This document shows positions 39,427 to 53,171 of a DNA stretch of 64,000 bases, one piece after another. The position numbers and the translations under genes were made by a program. Below the pieces are notes generated by a model. That model saw only the letters and a program-made list of their open reading frames with translations. It was not told where the DNA came from and made no database searches. The stretch is from Tubulanus polymorphus (Eukaryota > Animalia > Nemertea). The stretch covers positions 2,728,072 to 2,792,071 of the forward strand of contig NC_134034.1 of assembly GCF_964204645.1 (NCBI RefSeq), given 5' to 3'. The number at the start of each line of letters is the position of its first letter. Positions within the stretch are counted from its first letter, which is position 1.

Positions 39427-40704
39427 GCTGTATGCAGCTTATATTGGAAAATTGATTTAGCGCGAAGAAGTCCGCGTGAATATTAATAAAGTCTTTCTTA
39501 TCGTAGCTTCCTTTCTTTTGTAAAGTTGGAATTACCTGAACGCTGGTCTATTCATAGTAGGCACCAGCGAGGAAACATTTCATCTCAACAAATTTGATTC
39601 AATTCATTTAAATGTTTATCGAGATGTACATATTGCGTAAGACGGTACATAATTGAATATTCAATGATATATTTAAATCTTTTCGCGTCGTAAACGATCG
39701 CTCAGACCTTACCACATTATCCATAGAAATGTGACCTGAAGAGGGACTGCATGAATTATCTATAGTAAACTCACCGGTCGCAGACAGTAGGTGCTGCCTG
39801 ACCCGTTTTTTAAGATACTAACGATGATTGATGATATTGTTGGTATTTCGGTCGAAGATTACACATTTTTTGAAGAAGAAAATTGATCACGTAATCATAG
39901 AACTCGAAATCAAATTGTTTTGCGTACTATGACTTAGGGCGAACTCTTTTATCAGATCGGAGAATCCGTTTGCCTCCAATCGTACTATCTTATTGGTCAT
40001 GTGACTTTTTGGAGTCTCCGAAACCTCCTTTCTGTCGGAGATTTCGGACGGAGACTTCGGAGGTCATAAAAGAGTACGCCCTTAATGAAGAGATTCGGCA
40101 ACGCAAAACGATATCTCAATATGGCCCGGGTGGTAGAGAAACTAAATTATGACCATTCGTTTTGGAACTCGCTTGCAACGAGTTCGTTTCAACGATTTCG
40201 ATCTGCCGAATTGAACGCGCTTTGCATTTTACCGAAGAAAAAAATCGACCGGAAATCATCTGATGCAGAAGGTAGATTTGTACATAGTTTAAGCCTGTAT
40301 TGAGACGAGCAGATACACAATATCCGCGTACGATAATAACGATATGATATATAATTTACTAATATATAATATAATACAATATAATATACTAGAATAACGA
40401 TATAATATATAATATACTAATATATAATATAATACATTTTAATATACTAGATATATGATATACTCTTCTATTCATGTTTCTCGTTTTGGCTGAATTTATT
40501 GTGGGATTTCTCTCGTTTTTAAGCCTGTAAGTTAACATCCTGGGCCCGGTTTCATAGACTGGTATCAAAGTAATCCCTAGGGGTAAATCCTCAATTTGGG
40601 TGACAACCACCATAGTTACAATGAGAAACCATGGTTATAACTGACGAAATTTAAAAATATTCCCAGGGACTATTTTTCTTCCACATCTATGAAACCCAGC
40701 CCAG

Positions 40705-41016
40705 GAGACGAAGAGTTTTACTGGTTGAAAATTGAAGATCCTGTTCGCCGATCAGATCTTTTATAACGTGATACAGCGGTTATTACTGATAATTTAACCA
40801 TAAGAAAACATGGCGAAACCTCTTCGATAAATGCATATAGAAATATAAATGCACCGTGTAAAGATGGATTAACGGATAACTAGGATATCCGCATATCCAC
40901 GTGTGAATGGTTTCATTTCGTCCGTATCTTTCACGACGTTCTACACAAAACGAATATCACTGAATGAAATAATGTCATAAGCTCCTGAAATATAACCCCA
41001 CACGACCGCGGCGGTA
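40705..41016 (-). pseudogene. Degenerate internal fragment (TM4 to TM6) of the 417/418-aa GPCR family
   Basis: Aligns by eye to 47050-47380 (GAAGAGTTTTACTGG, GATACAGCGGTTATTACTGATAAT, AGAAAACATGGC, ATAACCCCACACGAC) with indels and no long ORF; MITEs lie on both sides. Confidence 0.8.
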
Positions 41017-41065
41017 GATATACTTTTTTTTTATCGAGTCAGAATCTTCTCTACGTGTTGTTCAG

Positions 41066-41173
41066 GGCCCAGTTCCACAGTTGTGAGTTAGAGATAACTC
41101 TGAGTTAAAATTAGTTCATTTTCAATGAATTAACTCCGAGTCAAATCATAACTCAGAACTGTGGAACTGGGTC
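41066..41173. mobile_element. PIF/Harbinger-type MITE; relatives at 44037-44174, 40542-40702 and partially at about 22245-22330
   Basis: TIR GGCCCAGTTCCACAGTT with a CAG target duplication; the 44037 copy has a CTG duplication (CWG targets). Confidence 0.68.
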
Positions 41174-42183
41174 CAGGTATCCAACGGTGTCAAGTAGCCG
41201 AAACTTGGTGCTTGGTATATATAGACTATTTACATTAATCGGTAAAATGCGTTGAAGTCGGCAAAACCACTTAAAATCCTGTACGTACATTACAGTTAAA
41301 TAAACTGCTCCCAAATTGGCATTAATCATATATGAGTCAGCCTCGATGAAGGTAGAAATGAAAACTATTCTAACGTATTTTGTTGGCATAAGGAAATTCC
41401 AATAATGAACAACGGAATGGAATTTACCGCCTGCAACTAGAATAATTGAACGCATTTCGTCTGCTCACTGCGAGCACTAGCGTGCGTGTTCTATGGTGTT
41501 CCTTATAAAGATCTTTCCATAGATTTTTCCAGATTTCACCGCCGAAAGGTAAAACTGGGGCGACAGTGTTGTTTAACGTCGGCTCATATCGCGGGCATTG
41601 GAGACACAATTCACAGCGAAACCATTAACACCATGGACGTATCTAGTTTACACGTCCACGCTAACACCAACGATTTCCGATTTCCGATTTCAAAATCAAA
41701 CACCCTGTTTCGCTCCCGGCAGGTGTGGTGGGTCTGTGAGGGACACTCAATCGAAAAATCAAACGAAATTTACCAACCAAATAAATAAATAACGGGGACA
41801 ATCCCTATTTTAAGATTTAAAAAAAAAAACACCAATTGGAAACTGTCAAGTGTTTTAATTAGCGGTACACATATCCTGATGGCTGCGCCGACGACCGAAT
41901 TGGCCGTTGTGTCGGGCCACGGCAATCAATGCAGCAATACTATAGCTACGTATATAAGCGATCTAGCGATACTAGCGATATAAAAAAAGCGGAGAAATAT
42001 ATATATATATTTTCTCTCCAAAATGCCAGAACAATACAGGACAAAATGGCGGCTAGCGATTGTATAACGGTTTTTTTCCGTCGCTCCGGTCGACAGGTAT
42101 CATCGATTTATGATATCATGCCGAGCGTTTAGGTACATTTTTCATAAGTCGGCCGTTATATTTCAACCGGAGCTGGTACAGTA

Positions 42184-45059
42184 ATGACAGTTACAGCGAT
42201 GACGATGGAACCACTGAACTACCGTCGAGCAATAATGATATTCACTCTGCTGATGTCGGTTCGTTTCATTCAGTGCAATGGTAGGTTTCGTTGCTGGCTG
42301 TATGTTGGGCCGTGTTTATATAAAATGTTCATGTAAATTGGCTCATAGGATGAAAACCAACTATTTACAAATTAAAAGAATTCTAAAATCGAGAATTTAT
42401 TTATTGATACAATCTAAAATATAAGAACACGACGTTTCGATCTCACACTGGAGATCATCGTCAGGGTGAGATCGAAACGTTGTGTTCTTATATTTTAGAT
42501 TGTTTCAATAAATAAATTATCGATTTTAGAATTCTTTTAGTTTGTAAATAGTGGGTTTTTATCTTATCATCTGTTCACCACGTTTGAGTGTGGTTATCGT
42601 ACTAAATTGGCTGATGTTTCGTTGAATATGTAGCGTGTATAGAATATTCAATCGTTAAATTGACGGGAAACTGACGCAAATGAAACAAAACCTAGAGTAG
42701 TCTGACGTTTTTATTTTCGTCGCATTTCGAATTCCGGGGTGTACCGGTAGGCAGGTTTAGGATTTCAAAAGTTTTAGGCGTGAAAATATAAAACTGCGGG
42801 AGCCTTAGCCACCCCAGTATTTTTTTTTCGATTATGTCTTTTTTCATTGTCATATCGACTTCAACATTTTTCAGCACGTCCTACTTATGCATTGACCTGC
42901 ATTGATTAGCTGCAGCCCCTCAAATGCATGGCTTATGTCACTTTTACCTTAATTATCATTTATAAACACGATCTGTTTTTGACGCCGTAAAAACCGTTAG
43001 AATATGTTTATGTACATTGATAACTACTACCGGCACTGCGCTGGTGTGCACTACGTCATCAATATTGACGGTGATAATAGCAATTGCAATTATTTGACTT
43101 TCTGTCCAACCAATTAAAATGCGATTTAGATAATGAAATGTTTGAGTGGTTGTGCACTACGGCATCAATAAAGGGGCTTCACAAGGTAACCAGTGAGTTC
43201 AAATTCTATTCAATTGTCGATGTATTCAAATTCAAATTCAATCCATTTTTCAGCCTACGAATTTTCGACATTGCGTTTAGGACCTCTATGGAAAGGAAGT
43301 GACAATATGGGTTGTTACACGACGGTGTTTTATGAAGTGAAATTCCCGTCAAATGCTTTTATTACTGCAATCGTTTTCTACAGACTACTCGGTAATTTGC
43401 GACCCGATGAATTGGCCGTGTTCAGAAAATCTCCCGCTGGGCAGAACAGCTACACCTTGATTCATAGATTACTGATGCCTACCGGACCTACGGGGATTGT
43501 ACAAAGAAGATTCAATCAATCGCAATGGATGGCCGTTCGGAAGAATGACGTGTTTGGGTTTCAGTGCACCAATGGAAGGGATGAAGGGGCAATGAATATG
43601 TACAATAAATCGTCTCAATTCGTGCCACCTTATAGAAAATATGTTCAAATATACGCGAAGTCGTTCAATGTAGGAGAAACTGGTGATTTTAACATTATTT
43701 TTACCGGGATATTCGTTACAATGCCGTTCGAAATATTGTATATTCCTGTTAAGCACAGCTTCACGCGCAGCGATAACAGTCCCGCCACAAACCAGCAAGG
43801 TATGATTTTTGTTTTAGATTTTCCTGGCGATTTCTGTCTAGCGTATGAATTAACGTAATTCGATCCATTGCGACGTGAATTCATAACAGTATCAATTATG
43901 ATTGCCTAATCATAGATAACCTTTGGGTACGTTGTGAATAAGTACGTGTTTTCCATCTCTTAATGTTGCATCCAAATTCTTCTTTTTGCAGCGTTAGTTA
44001 AATCAACACTCTCCGATTCCAACTTCACGAGTTCTGGGTCCAGTTGCATAGTCGCGAGGCTTTTATTTAATACTAGTCTAAGACCAACTTATTTCTATAG
44101 CCAAACAACTTAGGACCAGTCTTAAGATATTTAGGACCACTTCTGGACTTAAGTCACGACTGTGCAACTGGGCGCTGAGCTTTGATACAACAAAAGCAAT
44201 AGAGACGAATAACCTTTTGGTTCTTATACGCGATAAGTGCATCAACTCTACAAGTATTCATCTCAATGATTGACCTAACCTACAGCACTAGTTGTAACAT
44301 AATAATATGAATATAGGGGGCCCAAACAGAACCTTGAGAGACCCCACTCACTATGAGTTCCAGTTTGGATACGCCCTCTCCCATCTTCATATACTGCATC
44401 CTTTCCATGAAATTGAGCTAATCCATTCGTTGAAAGGAACACCCCAGAGTCAGGCGAGTCTCTTACGAATATTATGAAAATAGTAGGGGCCCACAACTGA
44501 ACCCTGAAGGACACGAAATAACGGATACAAGATTGGATACTTTGCACACTGCCTCCCTTCCAGATAGAAAATAGCTTTTTTTCATTCGCCATTTTCGATA
44601 GGAAAACCTAAACCCCTTTTTTAAGATAGGGGTATTAAAGGGAGAACATTGTCAAACGTTTTTTTAAAGTCTGAGTATAAAACATGTACGGTTGGCCCAC
44701 TAACTAATTTCATTTCGTGGTTCATTCAAAATCATAATTTCGTAATACAGTCGTCTAGGTTTTATTTTATTTACCATCAGCGTTTCGGAAAATCGCATTT
44801 TCGTTTTTTATTTCCAGTCACGTACAAGGAGTATGCAAATATGGACGTGTTCGAATCGAACCAACAAATCGAGGAAATCAAGAACATGTCTAGCAGTGTT
44901 TATTGCGTCTTTCGATGCGCGATGCTCGGAACACAGTCTTGTTCAACGGTTGTATTCTCATTTGAGACTCGAACCTGTAGTCTGTACAACACATTGCCAT
45001 TACAAACGTTCAAAAGCTTCGATAAGATTCTATTTACAGTTCTCGTTGCCGATAATTGA
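42184..45059 (+). CDS. Secreted protein of about 294 aa: signal peptide, unrecognised domain of about 180 aa, C-terminal PAN/apple domain; exons 42184-42280, 43254-43799, 44818-45059
   Basis: Exon 1 reads MTVTAMTMEPLNYRRAIMIFTLLMSVRFIQCN then GTAGGT. Both introns are phase 1 with pyrimidine-rich CAG acceptors. The last exon has the PAN-type pattern CVFRC...CSTVVF...CSLY. The spliced length of 885 nt is in frame; which Met starts the protein is uncertain. Confidence 0.75.
42344..42602 (-). mobile_element. Fold-back Penelope-like fragment with a hammerhead core at 42431-42464 and a 10-bp target-site duplication
   Basis: Inverted arms of about 100 bp; minus-strand core CUGACGA-U-GAUCUC-CAGUGU-GAGAUC-GAA-ACGU-C; TAAATTGGCT duplicated at 42334-42343 and 42603-42612. 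Confidence 0.78.
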
Positions 45060-45444
45060 AGGAGATACTACTGAAATTCGACGGACGAAAACGATATATA
45101 CGCAACGTGGGATGATGAATGATAAAATTTCTAGATTAGGCCCGAGGCTAATTTACAAGGATGATTCAACTCAAAGCAAATTAATTTTCATCATCCATAT
45201 CTTGTTTAAAGCACGTACTCGTTCCATCCGCAACAAGCAGCGGTTCATATGAATCGCAACACGTTAACAAGGACGCCTTTCAAAATTACATACACAAACC
45301 ACTGCAATAACTAACACATTTTAGAATGTTCCCAATAGTTATTTTGTCACAAGTTCATTGAACGACCGCGAGAAATTTAGAATCTAAATGAACGAGTTTT
45401 GGTAAGTTTCCATATTATAAGATATGCAAATATTTTGACCATGG

Positions 45445-45603
45445 TACGATAACCACACTCAAACGTCGAGAACAGATGATATGACGACGATCTCTAGTGC
45501 GAGATCGAAACGTCGTGTTCTCATATTTTAGATTGTTTCAATTAATAAATTCTCGATTTTAGATTTCTTTTAATTTGTAAATAATGGGTTTTTATCTTAT
45601 CAG
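45445..45603 (+). mobile_element. Second copy of the 42.3-kb Penelope-like family, rearranged differently, hammerhead core broken at its first base
   Basis: (a)UGACGA-C-GAUCUC-UAGUGC-GAGAUC-GAAACGUC at 45481-45514; the tail segment is inverted relative to 42547-42602; flanked by TTTGACC(A/G)TGG. Confidence 0.72.
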
Positions 45604-46728
45604 TTTGACCGTGGCTTTGCGTCTGTGACAAACCGCTAGTCGGATAACCCGACGCAGTTTGAGCAAGCACAGCGGATGTACATCGCCGTACAAAACGTCC
45701 AATGATGATTGGCCTACTGGTAAAATTGAATTCGAATAATGCAGTATGTTAAATGAACCAATAGTTTGGAGCCTACTTGGTAGTGTGGTATAGGTAGATT
45801 CGGTTTTGCATTAGTGATATGTGTTATATTCAAGTTTTGTTCATATTGAAGAACAATTCAAAACATTGCACAACTGTTTAATAATGCATATTTTGTTGGC
45901 GCCACATTCGGGTCCGCAGAATCATAAGTATTTACTCTTGATGTTATCTCTAATATGCAAATTTATCTCTTGTAATTTGTTATATTTGTTTATCTCAATA
46001 TCTTTCATGATGTCGATGAATTCTATAATAAATCTATTATGTAAATTTGTCCTATAGTTTTTATCGGAATCGCCGAATAATGCTGATTTACCGCGTCTAT
46101 CCAAAGCATACGCGAATGCGTATCAATACTGCTCGAACTGAAACCGATCCGGCCGCGTCGCTGCCAGACCAGTTTTCGGAACCGGTTATGTAGTTGAAAG
46201 TTTCGAAATAACCCGCTCCATATCCCGAAGGTACGAAGGTTAAGCGCCTTTCCCGTACTGCCTAATGATAAGTCTATGCACTCTCAAAGGGAACCCGATA
46301 GGCGTGTACGTATGTGATGTCCTCAGCGCCATATTTGCATCATCCATTATTGTGTATATTATTTAAGTGCATAACCAATAGCACTGCTGTTGTGTATATT
46401 TGAGCTCGTAGGAATAGCACAATCGGCCATCAGTCGGGTTAGCGGCCGTGAAGGCACCTGGGCCAACTTCGGATATCGGAGTTAGTCGACTATAGTCGAA
46501 ATGAGCCGACCGTCAGTTAGTCTGAACTTTAGTCCGGAAATAGTTCGGAATTGAAATATAAGTGGATTCGGTAATCATTAGTTTCGACCACTAGTCGACC
46601 ATACGAAAACCGAATTCGGCCCGGGCTGTGAGGTTAGATTCCCAATATAGCTCCGATGTTGCCAGTTCGAATCTAGACATTAAGCTTCAAGCGCGTTTAT
46701 TTCGTGATTAGAATTCGATCTACCCGAT

Positions 46729-47985
46729 TTAATGCATTTTATGTTTCATTTTTTCTGTGTCGTATTTATTCGCTTGAAACCGGTTAAAACGGGTAAATAA
46801 ATGAATAAATCGTTTTCGGAAAGCTGGGATGGTGCCGACGTATATGAAAAAGTTGGTGCAGAAAACCGATTGCCGAAATATATATAACCACTTTTCTAGA
46901 TAATACACTTTCCGGAGCTCCCAGTCCGTCGCCCTGTACGCGGGCCATTTACCAATAGCTTGGAAAATAGTGCTTAAAAATGTATTGAAATAAAACAATA
47001 AATTACATATAACACTCGGTAAAACGAGCGCAATGAACATAATAACGACAATGAGAAGAGTTTTACTGGCTGAAGATTGATGACGATCTGTACTCCTCGT
47101 CGCTCTCACGCCAGATCTCTTATTACGCGATACAGCAGTTATTACTGATAATACCACAACTAGAAAACATGGCAAAATCTCTTTGACCAAAGGATCCAGA
47201 AAATGAAACGCACGATTTATAAATGGAATCGAAGATTGAAAAGGAACATAACCACATATCCACCTAAGGATGGTTTCGTTTTGTCCGTATCTCTCGATTT
47301 CCCGAAGACGAATATCCCTGTAAGAAACGATGTTATAAACTCCTAAAACATAACCCCACACGACAACAGCGGCCACCGCAATTCTACGTCTTTCAACGGT
47401 GAAATGCTTCATGTGAAAGAAAGGCAAACGAATCGAAACAAGTCTTTCGACGGCGATGACTAAAACTGTGTAGGTCGATACGGTAAGGGCCGGGCGGTAG
47501 AACAAGTATCCGTAGAAACACCACGGAACCAACCTTTCGGGTAGATACTCAAAATAGTAATATAGATTGTAAATGTACGGACATCGTTTCCGGACGTCAA
47601 CCAAAGACATGTAAAATACGTCACAATTACTCAATCCGATGTCGTAGAGGAAATTGACCATCAACTGGGAATAATCAGCAATCAGGTGATGTATGATCAC
47701 GGTTTGATCAGTGATCGCGATAGTCATCAGATAGGGGAACGTGTAACGAACCGACTGACTTCTCCGACATTTTATCAGCAAAACCACGGTCAGAATATTG
47801 AAGAAATTCCCCAGTGGAAGTAACAGCAAGATTCTCATGTAATTGTTTCCATTGTTAGTGTACAGGAGGAACCTGAAGAACGCACTTCCGAGCGAATGCT
47901 GACGACGAGTTGTGGTTCTGTAATTGACGGTTGTGGTGAAATTGTTCGCAGATTCCAGTGAGGAAACTGCACTAAACTGATTCAT
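46729..47985 (-). CDS. Intronless rhodopsin-class GPCR, diverged fifth paralog (418 aa), inverted relative to the array
   Basis: Shares LLIKCRRSQSVRYTFPYLMTIAITDQT, RKRCPYIY, DRHQSSASKTLLIVV and IFRQSVFCTNFFIYVGTIP with copies 1-4; the 5' leader is also homologous. Confidence 0.92.
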   Translation of the reverse strand: MNQFSAVSSLESANNFTTTVNYRTTTRRQHSLGSAFFRFLLYTNNGNNYMRILLLLPLGNFFNILTVVLLIKCRRSQSVRYTFPYLMTIAITDQTVIIHHLIADYSQLMVNFLYDIGLSNCDVFYMSLVDVRKRCPYIYNLYYYFEYLPERLVPWCFYGYLFYRPALTVSTYTVLVIAVERLVSIRLPFFHMKHFTVERRRIAVAAVVVWGYVLGVYNIVSYRDIRLREIERYGQNETILRWICGYVPFQSSIPFINRAFHFLDPLVKEILPCFLVVVLSVITAVSRNKRSGVRATRSTDRHQSSASKTLLIVVIMFIALVLPSVICNLLFYFNTFLSTIFQAIGKWPAYRATDWELRKVYYLEKWLYIFRQSVFCTNFFIYVGTIPAFRKRFIHLFTRFNRFQANKYDTEKMKHKMH

Positions 47986-49185
47986 GTTATTATCAGAGCG
48001 CAGGCGTCACTGAGTGTGTCGTCAGACGGTTACTGCAGCCGAAGTCTATCAATAAATCTATTCACATCACTGTGATAGAATTGGCGAACATTTGACGCGT
48101 TCAATGAAATATGAACTACCACGATCTATACTTTAAAGTAATTTATCAATATACCACGTTTTCGTTTATCAATCCACGATTCAACCGTTAATAGAGGATA
48201 AATCTTCTCAATTTCATTAACACGAATATAAGTTTTAACAAAATGTTAAATTCAGAAGGTGATACTTTTCAAAGTTTATCGGTTGTCGTCGTGTTGTCGA
48301 GTATCATTTTCCCGTTAACGATTCAAATGCGTTTCAACCGAAGAGTCGGCTCGACGTCTGCAGAACGCAGTCTGTAGAATAAGCAGTTGATTCAGGGTTT
48401 CATTCAAAATTCACCCCAAGGAGCCAAGACTATCAAAATATCCAAACTGATTCGATGCAGAATTGATAATTGATCTTCGAGAAATGCGATAACCTTTCTA
48501 TCGACACCTCTAACAGTAAGGGCTGGCCCCGTTCCCACATACTGCCGTGTGATCTCTGAACTAATATCTGGACGTAACGGTGCAGACTCTCCCCATAAAA
48601 TCATCACATTCGGGCAGAAAAAATGTGAAACATTTGTTCAAACCAAATTCTGCGAAGGATCCCAATCATAAGCTCGAGAGTAATGATACATAATAAATAA
48701 TATCGCAGAATTAGATTGAACAAATTCGAAATCAATTTCAAGTTAATTTCACGAAAAGCAAAATACAACTGCATAGACAGAGACTAAGAAATAAAGGAAA
48801 TAAAAACAAACCTTACAAATTTACAATTCTATCAAGAACAGATGAAATATATACACGTACAAAAGAGACATGACAGATTCGAGCAAAGCCTTCAAGCCGC
48901 TGACGCGAGCAACTTTTGCAAACATTTTGATTTTGTTATTCAGTAGCGGATCTACGGACTACTCTTAAAGGTCCTGTGAGATATATAATGGCATTTATCA
49001 TCAGTGAAAATGCATATTAGGAGGTATATCAGAAATTAGGCTTGGCTTTAAAATATGTTAGATGCATTTTATGGTATAACGTGTTTATTCATAAATGGGC
49101 ATATCTAAACATTTGAGGGTCTTGTTCAAGGCCTTCAGTGCCTCCTATAGGAGCGCATCTGTGATTACACTATCTATTTTTTGTT

Positions 49186-49227
49186 CCTCTGATGATGAGG
49201 TTTAGTTTGAATCTCGAAACTGTAAGG
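49186..49227 (+). ncRNA. Minimal type-I hammerhead ribozyme motif
   Basis: CCU-CUGAUGA-U-GAGGUUUA-GUU-UGAAUCUC-GAA-ACUGU-A-AGG: stem I CCU/AGG, 8-bp stem II with two G-U pairs, cleavage triplet GUA. Confidence 0.68.
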
Positions 49228-51162
49228 CAATAAACTGATTCTACAGAAGTAACTACTCTACACTGCGAGGTTTACATCAGTTCACTGCAGTCTTCGTTTA
49301 TGCGCCCGAGCAAAAACGAAAAGTTCGTTTTTGCGCGGTAGAAAAAACGAAGTTTTCGTTTCTGCTCTATAGGTTTCGTTTTGCGTTTTTCTATAATCGA
49401 GGTCGTGTAAAAATTAATGCATTTGGCCCCTATCAGCCACCATAAGTCAGTGAACGATCAATCATTTTAAATGGTAACTTATTGTGAATGTAACGAAAAA
49501 AGAGTTAATCATCTTTAGCGTAAACAAAAATAATGCCCTGTTTCTCCTAATCGGGCGGCTCATTTTGAAAAATGCAATGAAATTTGTAATCTGTTCATTT
49601 CTACAACAGCCGGGGATTGATCATGATTTGATAAAGATAATGTATAGGGTAGATAGGCGGCCGGGTCAACTCTTTTAAGCTAAGCAGAAGGGTTTCAATT
49701 TTTTTGGTCAATAGGAAAATGGGCTACCAGCAGTTCTACTGTGGCAATCGAGGATTCCACGTATGGCAGGCGAGGATCCGCCAGGTTCGCTAGTAGATAG
49801 TTGGTCGTAGATTTCTTCTACAGAAAGATCCCAAAGACTCATAACGCCCAATAAAATCAGAAAGATCCCAAAGACTCCCAATATAATCTGAAAGATCGCG
49901 CTCTGTGTCATATACCTCACTTTTACGGCATATAAGGACACAGTGTTACGATAAAGAATGAATTTTTCATTGCAACTAAAGTAACACCGATATTATATCG
50001 AAAATATTGGCAACGTTTTTAAATTTGTAGCCCATTGCTCGTAAATAACGGAGTTTTCCTTTCCTGGAAAACAACGAATTCCGTTTCACCGAAACAGATG
50101 ATCTATGCAAAAACTATTCGGTAAATGTAGTTACCGCTGTTATCGCTATAGAAAAAAGTGATGAATAGGATTTTCTATTTGCCTGGATGGTTCCGTTTGT
50201 AAAAATATTTTATTTTTCAACTGATGCTGGATAGAGTTAGCTGCTTTTTTGGCCACCTCATTGGCGGTTATACATTTCTTTTCTGTTGCGGCGCAAGGGG
50301 TGATTTCAGTTCGCGTTACCTTTCAAGAGCATACATAATAGCTGAGTGGACGTCTTGCGGACAACACCGAACAAACTGCGGGAGCATGAACTTTGCGACT
50401 GGACATTTTATTTGTATTCAATCAGCATTGTGTGACTGACTTGAATCAAAACCAGGCTCGCGCTTTCGTTTGAAACCTAGACACCGTAAAAGAAAGCGCG
50501 CATAAGCGGATCTTAGAATTCAAAGATCGTCGGTGCATTTACGGAATTATTTCAAAATCTAAATAGCAAGTTATAACTGATTTGACTTGAACTTTTGGTC
50601 GTCACCTTCTCTGGTTATTACAATTTCAAATGAGCCCCGACAAAAACGTCTTGACATGTCCGAACGGCCCATAGAAACCACGTATTGCGTTTGACCACCG
50701 ATTCAGGCTAGACCTCTTTTTAAAAATACTAGACAGACAGAACCAACCGCATTCGGTGAAATTCTCCCCGGAACGAAGAGACACACATTTCTCAAGTAAG
50801 ATCTTGTCGAAGTTTTTTTTCCTTGACGTTTTCTTATCAATATAGTATCAAAATGTTTAGTGCTTTATATATTCAAGTGTCCTTATAAATCGCCTGATTT
50901 TATTTTACACTTATTTTTCAAAATCATTTTCGATTTGTTATCTATTCAATGTTCATTCGATTCATCTATAAGAATATTTGCAATGCGTACACGCTCGCGG
51001 GCGGCCCAATGTCCAACGCAGACGGTGCAGGGGTGCACCGAAACAAGAAACAGAAACATGTTTCCGAGCGTTTCCCTGCGGCGTCTGCCTTAACTAGAAA
51101 CGAGAAACAATCTAAAATATTGATTCCGTGTTTTGATTCTTTCGTTTAACTATTTTCAGAAC

Positions 51163-51750
51163 ATGAATGTACTCGTGGTAAGTTGCTGTTTGTCGGTATT
51201 GGCGCTATCCGTCCAGCACGCGTACGGCGGCCCCGCTGACGAGCCGACATGCACGAAACTGCTTGAACCGTGCAGGTCGCACGCTGACTGCTGTAGCGAG
51301 GCCGGCCAATCGGTCGTCTGCAAGCTGTATCGTGGACAACCTATATGCCAAAAATCCTGCAGACGAAATCTTGAACAATGCGATACGCGTGAGAATCAAT
51401 GTTGTCCAGTAACCGTAGCCCAGGGTTCTCGAAAATTGACGTGTTTAGAATACAAGAACAACAACTTTTGCGGGTTCGAGCGTGTTCACCACCCGGTTCA
51501 CCAGTGCAAGAAAACCGATGAACCGTGCAGATTGGACGCCGACTGTTGCTATGGAGAAAGAAATGGCGAAGAAAACCTGACCTGTCAGATCCATCTAGGA
51601 CAGTACCTCTGTCGTCAGAAGCCCAAACCCACCTGCGCTGCCCATTATCAACTGTGTAGCGATGAGTTACCGTGCTGTGAAGGAGGCACTTCAAAACCGC
51701 TTAAATGCACGAAGCTGCACAATATTTCTTATTGCTCGACGAATTACTAA
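51163..51750 (+). CDS. Secreted cysteine-rich protein with four tandem ICK/knottin-like modules (195 aa), paralog A
   Basis: The ATG follows a TTTTCAG acceptor. Signal peptide MNVLVVSCCLSVLALSVQHAYG; 24 mature Cys arranged as 4x C-x6-C-x5/6-CC-x8-12-C-x8-C. An upstream non-coding exon ends at a GTAAG donor near 50796. Confidence 0.9.
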   Translation: MNVLVVSCCLSVLALSVQHAYGGPADEPTCTKLLEPCRSHADCCSEAGQSVVCKLYRGQPICQKSCRRNLEQCDTRENQCCPVTVAQGSRKLTCLEYKNNNFCGFERVHHPVHQCKKTDEPCRLDADCCYGERNGEENLTCQIHLGQYLCRQKPKPTCAAHYQLCSDELPCCEGGTSKPLKCTKLHNISYCSTNY

Positions 51751-53171
51751 ACACGACGACCAGCGAACAGAGAACATCGGTAAATAATTCTAACTCGTAT
51801 GTCGTACGTAGATAGCTTTGGCGATATTTTCTGGTAATAATTGATTATAGCAATAAATGTTAGGCTCACAAATCGGCGCATTATCGCAGGATCCAACGCA
51901 ATGATATACTTTTAATTGATTTTCCAACTCGGACATTGGTATAATTTTCATTATCATATTTTTAAGATGAATATTTCCATCGAAACGTACGGTAGACAGA
52001 GTATCTACTAGCGAACCTGGCGGATCCTCGCTTGCCGTCTGGCTACATCTTAGATTGCCTTAGTTATAGTCAAAAGTATTACATCATCACAAAAACTGAA
52101 TTACTATCTTACTACCTTTGACAGCCTAGTACTATCTAGACTGGTCGCCTGACCAATACTGCATCATCTGCATTCGCAGTCAGAACGTAGAGACCGGCAA
52201 CCAGTCTAAGCACTATCTAGATCTATTCCTCGATTTTTTGTAAGCGTTTGCAGTGTAATTTGTTTGTCTAAAACGTGTGAAAAATGAAATAAAGAAGTTT
52301 GAATCTAACGTTCATTCATATTCGTCTTTGCTTTGAATTGACGTTCTCGATTTCGGATTCGTTGAGGTAGTATTCTTATTGCAATCATCGGATGGAACCA
52401 CGGCTTGTAGCCCCTCGCGGCCAGAATTTCAATCCACGAGAAGAGATGTTGACGATGTTAGCGACCAGAGAAAGCACGCGTTGCTTAAGCAATGTTCTGA
52501 CCCCCGCCCGTTTGGATATGAGGAAGAATCGTTCTACTAGGCTGAAAGCACTGAATAAACCTCGGGAGCGTGAACTTTGTAATTAGCACGGCTTATTTGT
52601 ATCGGTACTGTGTGACTGACTTGAATCAAAGACCCGACTATTCGCTTTATTGAAATTGATGCTTCGTTGGACCGAGACATTGTTTAAGGGAAGCGTGCAC
52701 AAGCAGAACTAGAAATTCAAAAGATCTCCACTGTGGTTATGCAAAATATCTAAATCGCATACTGTTAAATGATCTGAATAGGACTCGTGGCCATGACAGT
52801 GCAGTGAGCTTCGCTAGATACTATATCAAATAACTCCTCGTAAAAGACGTCTTGACATGTCTGAACGAGCCATATAAACGACGTATTGTGTTTGACCACT
52901 ATCTCGGGCTAGACAAAAGCTACCTCTATTTAAAAATACTAGACAGACAGAACTAACCGCATTCGGTGAAATTCTCTCCGGAACGAAGAGACGCACAATT
53001 CTCAAGTAAGTTACCGAGTTGCGACTCGGTTTTTTCTTTTTGCATTTTTGATATTTTCATCTAATGTCTAATCATGTATTTAAGTGTCGTTATTCCGCCC
53101 GATGTCATTTTACACTTATTTTCGGAAATTCTTTTTTGATCCGAAATGGAGAAATAAATAAAGATTATTAT

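Noticed and set aside
51133-51162. TTG-initiated N-terminal extension of knottin paralog A in the ORF track
   Set aside because: It is the intron's polypyrimidine tract and acceptor. The ATG at 51163 aligns with the paralog starts.
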